The position numbers and the translations under genes were made by a program. Shown in pieces: positions 37,150 through 49,419 of a stretch of DNA of 64,000 bases. The DNA is taken from NCBI RefSeq assembly GCF_963921235.1, contig NC_086097.1, positions 72,108,001 to 72,172,000 of the forward strand, in the 5' to 3' direction. Source of the DNA: Mobula hypostoma. Lineage: Eukaryota. The notes below the pieces were generated by a model. That model had not been told where the DNA came from. It made no database searches and saw only the letters and a list, made by a program, of their open reading frames with translations. Positions within the stretch are counted from its first letter, which is position 1; each line of letters opens with the position of its first letter.

Positions 37150-37550
37150 GATCAGCCTTCAAAGTCAACGTCAGCAAGACCAGCAAATGACTGGGGATTT
37201 TAGGAAGGGACAAAGAACTCACACCAGTCTTCTTTAAGGGGTCAGCAATGGAAAGGGTGAGCAGCTATGAGTTCCTGCGAGTCAAGATGCTAGAAGATCT
37301 ATCTTGGGCCCAACACATTGATGCAATTAGAAAGAATGCACACCAGTGCTTCTACTTCATTTGGAATTTGAGAAGATTTGGTACAGCATGTCACCAAAGA
37401 CTCTTGCAAATTTCTGGACATGTATGGTGAAGAGTATTCTGACTGGTTGCATCACCACTTAGTATAGATGTGCAGCGTTGAGGAGCAAAAGAGGTTGCAG
37501 AGGGCTGTAAACTCAGCCATCTCCATTATGTCTATAACAACCTCCCACAA
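37150..37550 (+). mobile_element. Rex1/Babar C-terminal fragment
   Basis: ERVSSY.FL.V...EDLSW..H.DAI.K.AHQ..YF...LRRFG followed by SILTGCIT. Confidence 0.8.
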
Positions 37551-38633
37551 ACCCTTTGTCTTCAGTTCATTAGCTACTGCATTTCCTGGTTATCGCCATT
37601 AAATCAGCCTTGGTGTTTTCAGACAGAGGGCCCAAGAGTCTCTTTGCAGATGCTATGTGTTGTTGTTTAAAGAGCATTCCAGACACTGTGCATACTTTGT
37701 GGTTCCTGTTAGTTGGGGATCCTCAGACTGTTTCTGAGACATTGCTTGATACACAGAAACACATTCTTACATGATCAAGGTTCTTGGGATAGTGTGGCTA
37801 TTGTGACTTTGATATTCTCAAAACTTAAGGGCTCAATTTTATCTCGGAGCATGAACTAAACAAACTTCAGCATTAAATTATTATAATGCTTAGGAATCTT
37901 CATTTATGTCTGTCCAAGTAAAACACACATTATTCTAACTCTCAGGTTTTATTTCTAGTCACTGGTGAGTATCCTATCCTGTGGAAAACCAGGACCAACG
38001 TATACTACATGACACTGCACATCAATAGTTACACTATTGGGCTATCTATTGAATGATCTTCTCGGTCATTCTCAGTCTTTGGGACTATGGAATTGTTCCA
38101 CGTTATAGTTTTAATGTGTGTTCACTCCCAATGGGACCAAGTAGAGGTCAGTTACCAGGAAAGGCATTAGGCCTTCATATTTGAAAAAGTCAAAGTGAGA
38201 ATACTCTAGAAGCTGAGCATTAAATGCACATTTCCCATGGCAGTACCATACTGACTATTAATCAAAAGTAATAGGAGGAGAAACTTATTATAATGTTTAT
38301 GACCAGGCAAAATCTGCAGAGATGCTTCCTCCATCAAGCATTGCCTGTCCTGAGTATTTGCAGAATTTTCTGTTTTTATTTCATATTTTCAACATAAACA
38401 GAATTCTGCTTTTGCCCATTTCAAAGGCAGTTAATTAGCTCTTGTAGTGCTTTGAGACATCCTGAAAGGGGCATCCAAGATGCTATATAAATGCAAGTCA
38501 ACCTTTCTTGGAAAAGAAATACGTACTCGAATCAGTGGCAGAAGTCTCAGGAAAAGCCATTCAAGCATAGTAAGACCATTGAAAAATGTGATTACAAAAT
38601 ACAGCCCTTGTATAGATTTACTTATACTTTCAC

Positions 38634-39353
38634 TGTAGATTTCAGGGGGTTTCAACTTTTATGTTACTGCAGAGGTTAATTAAAATGGTGTCCTTGTTAT
38701 GTTAATCTGGGGAATGCGACTTTGTTGTGTTAAACGCTGAAAAAGTTTGCGCTAGCAGCTTGTTTTGGTTTAGAGTGTGATAAGAAATATGTTATTAACC
38801 AATTGGGATAGCTGTTATGGTTTTGGTGTATTTGAAGATACTGTATGCGCGGGGTTTTGGGGCAGAAGGCGGGAGAGCGAGACAGAGGATGGACCAGGTG
38901 CTGTGATGTCCGCTAATGGGGTCAGACCCCGATAGGGGCGCTCGGCGAGGAGAGGAGACGGAGACGGACTCGTGTGGAGCATCTGGTCGACCACTGTTGT
39001 TGGTCCCAGGCGGCCGGTCGAGGTGGTCCGAGGGGTTGCAGGGTGAAGAAGAAGGTCCTTGAGCTCCAACAGTTTTGTGCACGAAGAGATTGAACTTTGA
39101 TAAGTGTGGCACCTTTTATTTTCCTTCTATATTTTATTCTCTCTTAAATTATATAGTTCCAGTAATATCTATAAACTGTAAACCATTTAATTGTATCTGG
39201 TGTATTGTCTGTTATTTGGGCGAGGTGGGGTACATCACACAGCATCCACACAAACGAGTTATCCAGTTTGGCGGGGCCGAGGCTGTTTCCCTAGACGACA
39301 GCAAGCCGAGCAACCCTGAGGGTGGCCGGGGGTGGGGGGGGGTGGGGGCTACA
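38634..39353 (+). mobile_element. Solo LTR, CpG-rich and probably recent
   Basis: TGTAG...CTACA inverted termini around a CpG-rich non-coding block with a G-rich 3' end. No exact TSD was found, so the 5' boundary and strand are uncertain. Confidence 0.6.
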
Positions 39354-39384
39354 ATTGTTACTTTCTGTGAGACCAGATACAACA

Positions 39385-39800
39385 TAAAACATAGAACACT
39401 ACAGCCCAGTACAGACCTTCAGCCCACAATATTGGGACAAACTTTTAACCAACTCCAAGATCAATCTCACACTTCACTCCCACATAGCCCTCCATTTTTC
39501 TTTCATCCATGTGCCTATCTAAGAGTATCTTAAATGGTTCTAATGTATCTGACTACCACCATTCCTGGTGGAATGTTCCACACACCCACCACTCTCTTGT
39601 GTCTCTGACATCCCCCATACTTTCCCCTAATTATGCCATCTCATATTAGCCATTTCTACCCTGGGAAAAAGTTGCTAGTTCTCCACTATATGAAAGCCTC
39701 TTATAATGTAATATACCTCTACCAAATCACCTCTAGACCTGCTTTGCTCCAAAAAGAACCCCTAGCTCACTCAACCTTTCCTTATAAGACATGCTCATAA
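39385..39800 (-). mobile_element. CR1 3' end remnant
   Basis: CATAGAACACTACAGC tail and the reverse complement of RVVGVWN.LP. Confidence 0.75.
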
Positions 39801-41469
39801 AACATGAAAGGCATAGAACACATTGCCACCACAAAACTTCAGTTAGGGATCAAATAACTAATAAACATGCAAGGTAATATTTTACCTGGACTTTTTTTGT
39901 AGCAGTAACAAATTGGCAGCATTCTACCCATTAAAATAGAGATGGTTCATTTAATTCCTGTCATTATTTGACTGTGCATGAACATTAAGTGGTACTCCAG
40001 GTAAATTAGCTGTCCCATGGTGGGCAGGGTTGTTGACTATTTATTACTAAATCAAATGGGTGTTTCAGAAATGATCCAAATGAGTACAAAGGTTAAGCAC
40101 TGTGTCCCAGTTAGCTTCTTGAGGGACTTTGCATGAAAGATATAAAATTAGAACAAACATCCAAAAGGAGCATGAAGTGAGTGGATGGAAAGTAGCCAGA
40201 CAGAGAGAGCACAAAGTCAATAGTGGGCGTGCGTGGTGTTCCGGATGGTCGAGTGCAGCCAATGATGCATCTGATGCAAAAAAAAAGATATATACTGGTA
40301 TGGTAATCCTAAGGCAGGATAATCAGAGGTTAGAGATGGAGGAAGAGAACTTGAAGAAAATAAGGTATTTAGCTTGTGAAGTTAGAGAGAAAGGGCAGCT
40401 GAGATCAAAAGAGGACAGTCTGGATGAAGATGCAAAGCAATGGTTATTCTGAAGGAAGCAGACCAAGGTGGATAAGAGGAAATATTGAAAGTCAGAGTGA
40501 AGGAGACAAATAAGAGGTGAGATCAAAAGACTATCATGGCATCCTGCTTGATTATATTAAAATGACATCCAGGCAGCTCATTAGAGAAATCTGCAGCAAG
40601 AAAACAAAAGCAAAATATGAACCTCAGATAAATTCTCCAGTTGATCACATTACTGTCACAAATAATCTGAAAAATCAATCTGAGAATTGATCAGAATTTA
40701 TTTGAAGTGTCGTGGTATTGGGTTGCAGTGGCAGACAGAACAAGCATGATTAGAAATTGGACATGGATGAAATTATCACTAGAGTTTCTTGTGCTTTGAT
40801 TGAAGCAGTAATATCAGCACTATGAGAACAGCATTAGTTAGGGAGTGAAGTAAGTCTGGTAGAGCAACAGCAACTAATAAAACTATTTGTTTCATCTCAT
40901 CAGATAACCTTGAGAAAATTCATAGTGTTCAATTGTATTGATATTTTGCGTGTTGTTAATAGTAATGATGTTTTTTTTAATTTAAGTATATTCCATTTTG
41001 TCTATTTTGTCCAATAAGCAAATCGCCTTCTTCCTCTGTTATATTTAATTATCAGTTCCTCCGACCTTTCTTTTAAACCCCATCTACCTGAAACACGACT
41101 AGTGAGAAATTTGACTTGTATACCACATGATCCAAATTTGAGATAAAAATGAATCATGAGGAAGTACAAGGAGTTTGATGCCTGATTGAAATAAATATTT
41201 TTGTTTTGTTTGTTCAGGATTGCTCTGACAACGGTGGTGGTGCTGCAGCTAAATTCAGGAACCAGCAATCTAGATATCTGAACTCAAATCTCACCAAGGC
41301 AACTGCAGAGTTTAAATTCAGTTAATAATCTGTTCTAAAGATGAAACTGCATCATGTTTAAGGATAACCAGAAAATTATTTTACAGTTGATGCATTTTTC
41401 CTCCTCACCTTGTCCACTCTTCCCTTTCCACTAACCACCCTCATTTATATGCTACTTGCCCTTGAAACC

Positions 41470-41625
41470 GCAGGTGCTATCCTTTCACCTCCTCACTCCC
41501 TACCATCTGGAACCCAAGCAGACTTTCCAGCTGAACAATAATCCACTTGTACGTCTTCCAATGTTTTGTAATGCATTTCATTTGCATAATGCAGTCTCCT
41601 CTGTATTAGAGAAACCAAAAGCAGA
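41470..41625 (+). mobile_element. Old Penelope GIY-YIG remnant
   Basis: Frameshifted PKQTFQ...TCTSSN....C..C.LL.I.ETK.R pattern. Confidence 0.55.
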
Positions 41626-41924
41626 CATAAAATCAAAATCAGCTTTATTAACACAGACATATGTCATGAAATTTGTTGTTTTGCAGCAGCAAAACATGAC
41701 TGTAGATAAAATATACTCTAAGTCACAGTAAGTCATGGATAAAAGCTCTATAGTTTTATTTTGATCCTGTGCAGTGGCTCCTTAATACACCAATTAGAAT
41801 GCTTTCCACGGTACATTTGTAGAAAGTTGTCAAAGTCTATGATTAGAGATTTGGACATACCAAACCTTCCCAAACTCCTAATGAAATATAGCCACTGGCA
41901 TGCCTGCCTCATAATTGCATCAGT

Positions 41925-44900
41925 ATAAGACCATAAGACATAGGAGTCATCCTCCATCTTCCTACCCATAATCTTTGATGCTATGACTAATAAAGAACTT
42001 ATCAACCTCCACATTAGACATACTCAGTGACTTGGCCTCCACAGCTATCCATGACAATGAATTCCACAAATTCACCATCCACTGGCTAATGTAATTCCTC
42101 ATCTCCATTCTAAATGGATGTCATTTTATTCTGTGGATGTACCTTCCAGTTCTAGACTCATCCACTATAGGAAACAGCCTCTCCACATCTACTCTACCTA
42201 GGCTTTTAATATTCAATATGTTTCCATGAGATAGCCCCTCATTCTTCAAAAGTCCAGTGAGTACAGGACCTGAGCCAGCAAACGCTCCTCATACATTAAC
42301 TTCCTCATTCTCAGAATCATTGTTGTGAACTTCCTCTGGACCCTCTCCAAGACTTAGATATGGGGCCCAAGACTGTTCACAATACTCCAAGTGCAGTCTG
42401 ACCAGTGCCTTATAAAGCCTCAGCATTACATCCTTGCTTTTATATTTTAGTCCTCTCAAAACAAATGCTAATAATGATCTTGCCTTCCTCACCAATAAAT
42501 CAACCTCCAAGTCCCTTAGCACCTTTTATTTTTGAATTTTCTCCCCATTTAGAAAATAGTCTGTGCTTTTACTCCTCCTACCAATGACATAATGTGCTCT
42601 CGGAGGACGGGACCCAGGTGTGGAGGAACAGCAGGTTCTCCTGGAAAAGGAGAAACAAAAGGTTGAACATCAGAACCAGATTTTTGGAGGAGTGACTAAG
42701 TAACACCACAAGGTAATTCATCCTCTCCAACATAATGACCTCACTAAAGCCCAGACTGAGAGTCCTTCTTAAATAATCATAGACTGCTGGAAACACTTGT
42801 CAGCCACAATTAACTTGACAAGAGAAAACCAAAAACACAAGGGCTTAACTCTAGTTAAGATAATGATTAGTAAATACAGGTGCTCAAAAACCCTAGAAGT
42901 TCAATGCTCTATGGCAAGCCATAGGAATCATGGTAACCAAAGTGGATGACCATATATTTCCCATACTAGTATCCATTTGGAACCTCTTTTCTCATACTCA
43001 CAATATGTCTAAGTCCTTCCACAGACTCAATGCTTCCTCAACACTGTCACCTACCTTTGTATCATCCACAAAGAGCCAAAAGCCATCAATTCCATCATCT
43101 AAATCATTGATACACAATGGAAAATGAAGTGGTCCCAATACCGACCCTTGTGTAACACCACTAGTCTCTGGCACCCACTCAGAATAGGCCCACTTTATTC
43201 CCACTTTTTGCCTCCTGCCAGTCGGCCAATCTTCTATCCATGCTAATATCTTTCTTGTAATACCATGGGTTCTTGTCTTGTTAAGCAGCCTCATGTGTGG
43301 CCCTTGTTAAAGGTCTTCTGAAAGTTGAAGTAAACAATATCCACTGACTCTCCCTTGTCTATCCTGCCTGTTATTTCCTCAATGAATTCCAATAACTTTT
43401 TCAGGCAAGATTTCCCCTTTAGAAAACCATACTGATTCGGTCTACCTTATCATGTGCCTCCAAGCACCCCAAAACCTCATCCTTAATAATAGACTCCAAC
43501 ATCTTTCCAACCATTGAAATCAGGCTAACTGCCTATAATTTCCTCTCTTCTGCTTCTCTCCCTTGAAGAGTGGAGTGACGTGCAATTTTCCAGTCCTCAG
43601 GAACCATTCCAGAATCTAGTGATTCTTGAAAAGCCATTACTAATGAGTCCACAATCTCTTTAGCTACCTCTTTCAGAACTCTGGGGTATAGTCAGTCTGG
43701 TCTATGTAATTTATCCACCTTCAGACCTTTCAGCTTCGCACCCACCTTCTACTTAGTAATAGCAACAACACTCATTTCTGCTGTCTGACACTCTGGCATA
43801 CTGTAATGTCTTCCACAGTGAAGACTGATGCAAAGTACTTTTTAAATTTGTCTGCCATTTCTTTGTCACTCATAACTACCTTTACAGCATCATTTTCCAC
43901 TGGACCAATATCCACTCTTGCCTCTCTTTTACTCTTTATATATCAGAAACTGTTGTTATCCTCTTATATTATTAGCTAGCTTGCTTTTGTAGCTCATCTT
44001 TTCTATCCTTATTGATTTTTAGTTGCCTTCTGTTGATTTCTAAAAGCTTGCCAATTCTCTAACTTGACACTAATTTTTTCTATATTATATGCCCTCTCTT
44101 TTGCTTTTATGCTGTTGTTGACTTCCTTTGGATGCCTCATCCTCTCTTTGAAATACTTCTTCATCTTGAAGATGTATCTACCCTATTGAGTTGCTACCAG
44201 GAACTCTAACCATTGCTGTTATACCATCATCACTGACAGTATCCTCTTCCAGTCAACTTTGGTCAGCTCATCTCTCATGCCTCTGTAATCCCCTTTACTC
44301 CATTGTAACACTGATACTGACTTTATCTTCTCCCTCTCAAATTATAGAGTGAATTCTATCGTATTATGATCACTGCCTCATTTACCTGAAGGTTCCTAAT
44401 CAAAACTGGTTCATCGCACAACACCCGATCCAGATTTGCCTTTCTGCTGGTGGGGTCCACCACAGGCTGTTCTAAAAATCCATCTTGTAGATATTCTACA
44501 AACACCTCTCTTAGGATCCAGCACCAATCTGATTTCCCCAATCTACCTGCATATTGAAATGCCTCGTGACTATTATAACACTGCTCTTATTAAATGCCAT
44601 TTCTATATCCCATTGTAATTCATATCTCACATCGTGGCTACTGTTTGGAGGCCTGTGTACTGTGTAACTCCCATCAGGGTCTTTTCACTCTTGTAGTTTC
44701 TTAACTCTTCCCACAAGGATTCTACACCTTCCAATCCTATGTTACCACTTTCTAAGAATTTAATTTTATTTTTTATCAGCACAGCCACCCCATTCCCTCT
44801 GCCTTCCTGCCTGTCCTTTTGATAAAATGTGTGTCCTTGGATGTTACGCTCCCAACTACGATCTTCTTTCAATCATGACACAGAGATGCCCTCTATGTCA

Positions 44901-45620
44901 AACCTGCCAATCCCCAGAAGAGATTTTAATGATCCAGAAATCTGAAACCTGCCCCCTGCACCACTTCCTCAGCTACTCATTGATATGTACTGTCATCCTA
45001 TTTCTGCCCTGACAACCACAAAGATCACTACCTTGGAGGTCCTGCTTTTCAACCTCTTCCCTAACTCCCTATACTCACTGTGTAGGATCTCTGATCCCTT
45101 TCTACCTGTGTAGTTGGTACCAATGTGTACCGTCACCTCTGACTGCTCACCCTCCCTCTTGCGAATATTCTGCAACCACTTGGAAACATCCTGACCTCAG
45201 CACCTGGTGGGCATCACACCATTTTTGCATCGTTTTCACAGACAGAATTTCCTGTCCATCCTCCTAACTATTGACTCTCCTGTCAATATCACTTCGCCTG
45301 ACTTTACCACCCTGCCACCTTCTTGACTGGTGCTGCTGTGCCCTGATAGGTCATGCGAAGGAGCCCTGCACTGCCTGCTTGCTCCCATTACTTCTCCTAC
45401 TGGTTGCCCACCTACTCTCTGACGCCAGCACTCTGGGTGTGACCACCTCAGTAAAAGTCTTATCAATGAGGTTTTCACCCTCTCAAATGACCCTGTGTAC
45501 ATCTTGCTCTAGCTCCAGTTCCTTGATCTTGTCTCTCAGAAGGTGAAGCTGAGCACTTCCTGCAGATGTAGTAATAGACTGTTAGGTACCCTGAAATCCC
45601 ACATCTAACAGGAGGAGCTT
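41925..45620 (-). mobile_element. Near full-length degraded CR1 LINE (ORF1 SGNH esterase plus ORF2 EN/RT)
   Basis: ORF1 remnant GEQ.EV.VHIGTN..GRK.SE.L..EYRELG.RLKSRTSKVVI (44993..45175). EN remnant at 44627..44872. RT remnant SGV.QGSVLGPL.F...INDLD...FVDDTK (42998..43294). Tail (ATAAGAC)n at about 41925-41940. Confidence 0.9.
42585..42935. mobile_element. Older solo LTR (same family as 28149-28520) with 5-bp TSD ACCAA, nested in CR1
   Basis: ACCAA at 42580-42584 and 42936-42940. Shares ACCCAGGTGTGGAGGAA and the TTAG.AAA.AC.GGTGCTC block with the 28149 LTR. The CR1 flanks rejoin. Confidence 0.8.
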
Positions 45621-45919
45621 TACACTACTTTGAGTACCATCTGCCTACACAATAGCCAGTTCAACAATGGCCAGTCGGCTTATGCCTCACGTTTTTTATT
45701 GGCCCCTGCTGCTGTGAAGTTTCAAAAAGCCCCAAGCTCTTTTTAAGCCTTGCTCTGCCACCCGAGGAACGAATTCTCGCAATGATTGCGGCCTGATGAA
45801 GTATGGGTGATCACTTTTCAGACTACCTGGTTTAGTTTCAGTCCACAGCAACAATTCTGAGCTTCTGATCCTGCCTGACACTTTAATTCTCTGAGCCACT
45901 CCACTCTGATCTATCAATC

Positions 45920-46435
45920 TCCTGCAAAGTTTTAATGAGGCCAAACACACACTGGGAGAATAGCATTTTGCCCTCCATTGGCCGCTTTTGCAGCTTTATA
46001 GATGGAATATTGATTTCTACTACTTCAGGTATTTTTTCACCTGTATTAGTCATCTATCTGTGATATTGGCTCGGCTTGCTTCTTTCTTTCCTCCTTTTCC
46101 AGTAGGATTGCTGGCATGTGGCACGTCTTCCTCCTCTGCCTTTTCAGTTTCCCCATTCTTTCCCCTAGCTTCTCCTTCCCTCACTGCTCCCATTCACTCT
46201 TTGACCAGGTCACCATGTTCACAGTTTACCCGCTCGTAGTCACACAAGCTTTACTCCATCGGAGACATCCCAGTCCCCACATTTACTGCACCTTAACCAG
46301 CTTCTCTTGTCTCCCTCTCAGTTCTGAGGAAGGGTGTTCGACCTGAAATGTTGACTGTTTCTCCTTCCACAGACGTAACCGGGCCTGCTCACTATTTCCG
46401 GCACTTTAATTCTTTTTGATTTCCAGCATCTGAAG
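45920..46435 (+). mobile_element. Old Penelope-like 3' region with a hammerhead motif at 46320-46356
   Basis: Degraded C-terminus near 45930-46020 and terminal repeat AGTT-CTGAGGA-AGGGTGTTCGACCT-GAAA-TGTT-GACT, followed by GATTTCCAGCATCTG. Confidence 0.7.
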
Positions 46436-46529
46436 TTTTGTTAAAATGGTTTTCATGTATTTTATCCCCAGTTCTGAGTAAACGATGGTGAGAAGCCGAT
46501 CTGCTGGAAACAATGTACAGAAGGAGGTA

Positions 46530-46790
46530 AAGAGGTGGCCTAGTGGTGCAGCAGTAAATGTTGCCTGGATCCCAATGCTTCCTGTGGCTTTACACATATT
46601 CCCTGCGACCGTTTGGGTTTCTCCCGGTGCTCAGGTTCCCTTCCACATACCAACAACATGCTGGCAGGTTAGTTGGTCACTGCAAATGAATCCGTCGGGA
46701 TTATTAGGGGAGTTGATAGGCAAAAAAAGGAGAATAAGCTGCAGGGGTATAAGGAGAATAGGACTAATGGGATTTTATTCTGCAGAGCCA
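46530..46790 (+). mobile_element. Degraded V-SINE (HE1-like)
   Basis: tRNA-like head GGTGGCCTAGTGGTGCAGC and V-domain TTCCCTGCGACCGTTTGGGTTTCTCCCGGTGCTCAGGTTCCCTTCCACAT. Confidence 0.75.
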
Positions 46791-47599
46791 TTATGAACCC
46801 TATGGATCTAGTGGCCACCTTCCTGCTGTAATAAATAAAGAAGATAGGAGTAAACAGTGATAGGTAATTAAATATCCACACTCCATCTCCATTAATTATT
46901 CACACTTCATGGCTTGGGAAATAGCTGCTCGTCTTCCATCTGAGCATTGTGCAGCCTTCGAGGCTAATGCTGAGTTCTCCACCTTTAGGGAGCTGACTGC
47001 CTGCCTGTATTAGACTGGCCATTAATGCCTGCCTTCACTTTGGTTCAGTTTCAGTTTACATAGTCTGGCCATTTACAACACAGTACACTGAATAAGAGTT
47101 TTAATGTGCTAATCTCTCTGTGGGGGTGGGGGTGGTGTACTGGTTGGGAATGATTGTCAGATACATTGGTTTAAAAAAAAATCACTGCAATTCCAAATCT
47201 TGAAAAGGTAGTTGATATAATTGGGATGAGTGATAACTGTTGTCATAATTTCGGAGGGTGGGGGAAATGCCCCAGAAGTGGGCCATATTTTGTTTCCCCT
47301 CAGTTTTTCCCAGGAGATTGCATTATTGATTGGGTAGTGTGGTCAATGATGTGGCTAAGTCGTGTCACATTTAGATGATGTGCCAGGTTTGATGGATCAG
47401 TTAATATTTTTCAATTCCTTGCTCATCTGTCCAGGAAAAGGAATCTGTGAGGACATCAGGGACTGCAGATGCTAGAATCTCCCTTGCATCTTGTCTCATG
47501 CAATGAGCTCATATGACAGCTCCAGCTTCTTTTGCTGTATATGGAAATCAAAACAAAACTGCAGATACTGGAAGATTGAAATAAAATCACTTTAGATCA

Positions 47600-48252
47600 T
47601 TCCCGGTGTGGCCTCCTATATGTCAGTGGGACCCAAAGTAGATTAGGAGACTGCTTCGCTGAGCACTCATAGCGACCCATTTTAATTCCACTTCCCATTC
47701 CCATTCCATCATGTCAATCCAGGGCCCCCTCCACTGTTGTGATGAGGCCACACTCTGGTTGGAGGAGCAACACCTTATATTCCGTCTGGGTAGCCTCCAA
47801 CCTGATGGCATGATCATCAATTTCTCTAACTTCGAGTAATACCCTCCACCCCCTCCCGTTCACCATTCCCCATCCCCTTTTCCCTTTCCTTGCCTGACCA
47901 TCAGCTCTCTCTGCTGCTCCTCCTCCCTTTTCTTTCTTCCAGGGCCTTCTGTCCTCTCTTATTAGATTCCCCCTTCTCCAGCCCTGTAACTCTTTCACCA
48001 ATCAACTTCCCAGCTCTTTATTTCACACCCCCTCCCTCCTGGTTTCACCTATCACCTTGTGTTTCTCCCTCCCCCATCCCCCGCCTTTTAAATTTACTCC
48101 TCATCTTTTTTTCTCCAGTTCTGCCGAAGGATTTCGGCTCGAAACGTCGACTGTACCTTTTTTCCATAGATGCTGCCAGGGCAGCAGAGTTCCTCCAGCA
48201 CTTCTTGTGCGTTGCTCAGATTTCCAGCATCTGCAGATTTTCTCTTGTTTGT
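47600..48252 (+). mobile_element. Penelope-like element 3' part (GIY-YIG endonuclease plus terminal repeat)
   Basis: SRCGLLYV..TQ.RLGDCFAEH..HFNSTSHSHS..LEEQHLIFRLGSLQPDGM.I.FSN. Hammerhead remnant AGTT-CTGCCGA-...-GAAA-CGTC-GACT at 48117-48152 has a mutated core. Confidence 0.9.
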
Positions 48253-48894
48253 CACTTTAAATGAAATACTGGAAACACCCAGCGGTTCAGGTCGTACATG
48301 TGGAAAGAGAAACAGAGCTAGCAGCTCAAGGCAGGGAGATTTCGTCAGAGTGGCTACATGTAATATTATTAATAGAATGGAGAAATTAGTTATATCAATT
48401 AGGTTTAAAGTTTCACTTCAGATCACAAAACTAAAAGGTCAGTAATTAAACTTCATTGACTTAATTTACTTTCATATTCAGTGCAGAACAAATATTGAAA
48501 GGGAGGATTATTTTTGGCATCCTTTTAACCCTGCCATTAAGAAATGTGCCTATTTTTTCTAATTGCACTCTGACTGAGATACTGTTTGTTCCGGTTGTAA
48601 AATTGACTGTTCCATATTCGGCTGCTCAAGAGAGGTATAACAAATGATTGTTAAAAAAAAATGAAATTGCTTGAAACTAGATTTTAAATGGTCGGATCCT
48701 CTACAGAATACAATCTCAACTATCAGACAAACCTTTCAGTCCATATTTCTGAAGGCATTTAATAATTTAGACTATTTTTAATTAATTAACATCAAGAACA
48801 TTAGCAATGAGATTAAAAAAAGTTTCACAATAATTTGTCATATGTAGATTAGATAAGGCGAATATATTCCGAACCCATTAACAACAGTGTAAAT

Positions 48895-49240
48895 TAAGCA
48901 ACATACATCAAAGTTGCTGGTGAATGCAGCAGGCCAAGCAGGATCTGTAGGAAGAGGTGCAGTCGACGTTTCAGGCTGAGACCCTTCGTCAGGACTAACT
49001 GAAGGAAGAGTGAGTAAGGGATTTGAAAGTTGGAGGGGGAGGGGGAGATCCAAAATGATAGGAGAAGACAGGAGAGGGAGGGATAGAGCCGAGAGCTGGA
49101 CAGGTGATAGAACTAACTGAAGGAAGAGTGAGTAACAGATGGGGTACGAGGGGTGATATACTGCGTCCAGTGCTCCCGATGTGGCCTTTTATATATTGGC
49201 GAGACCCGATGCAGACTGGGAGATCGCTTTGCTGAACATC
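48895..49240. mobile_element. Mosaic Penelope-like insertion (inverted terminal repeat joined to a plus-strand GIY-YIG fragment)
   Basis: Minus-strand terminal repeat at 48895-49110. ORF 49153.. reads IYCVQCSRCGLLYIGETRCRLGDRFAEHL (GIY-YIG). Confidence 0.9.
48961..48996 (-). ncRNA. Minimal type-I hammerhead ribozyme motif (intact core)
   Basis: Minus strand reads AGUC-CUGACGA-AGGGUCUCAGCCU-GAAA-CGUC^-GACU. Confidence 0.8.
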
Positions 49241-49419
49241 TGTCCCAGTTTCACAGCATACCAGAGCAAAGATGCATTGTAGACTTCCTCCAATTAAGGT
49301 CCTTGTGCAGAGAGCATCACACAACACAGGGCTTGCCTAAATGCTTCTCTGATATGGAGGGAGTAATACATGCATTAAGTACTTCTCCTCCCAATCTTGT
49401 GACCTCTACCACCTTCAAA

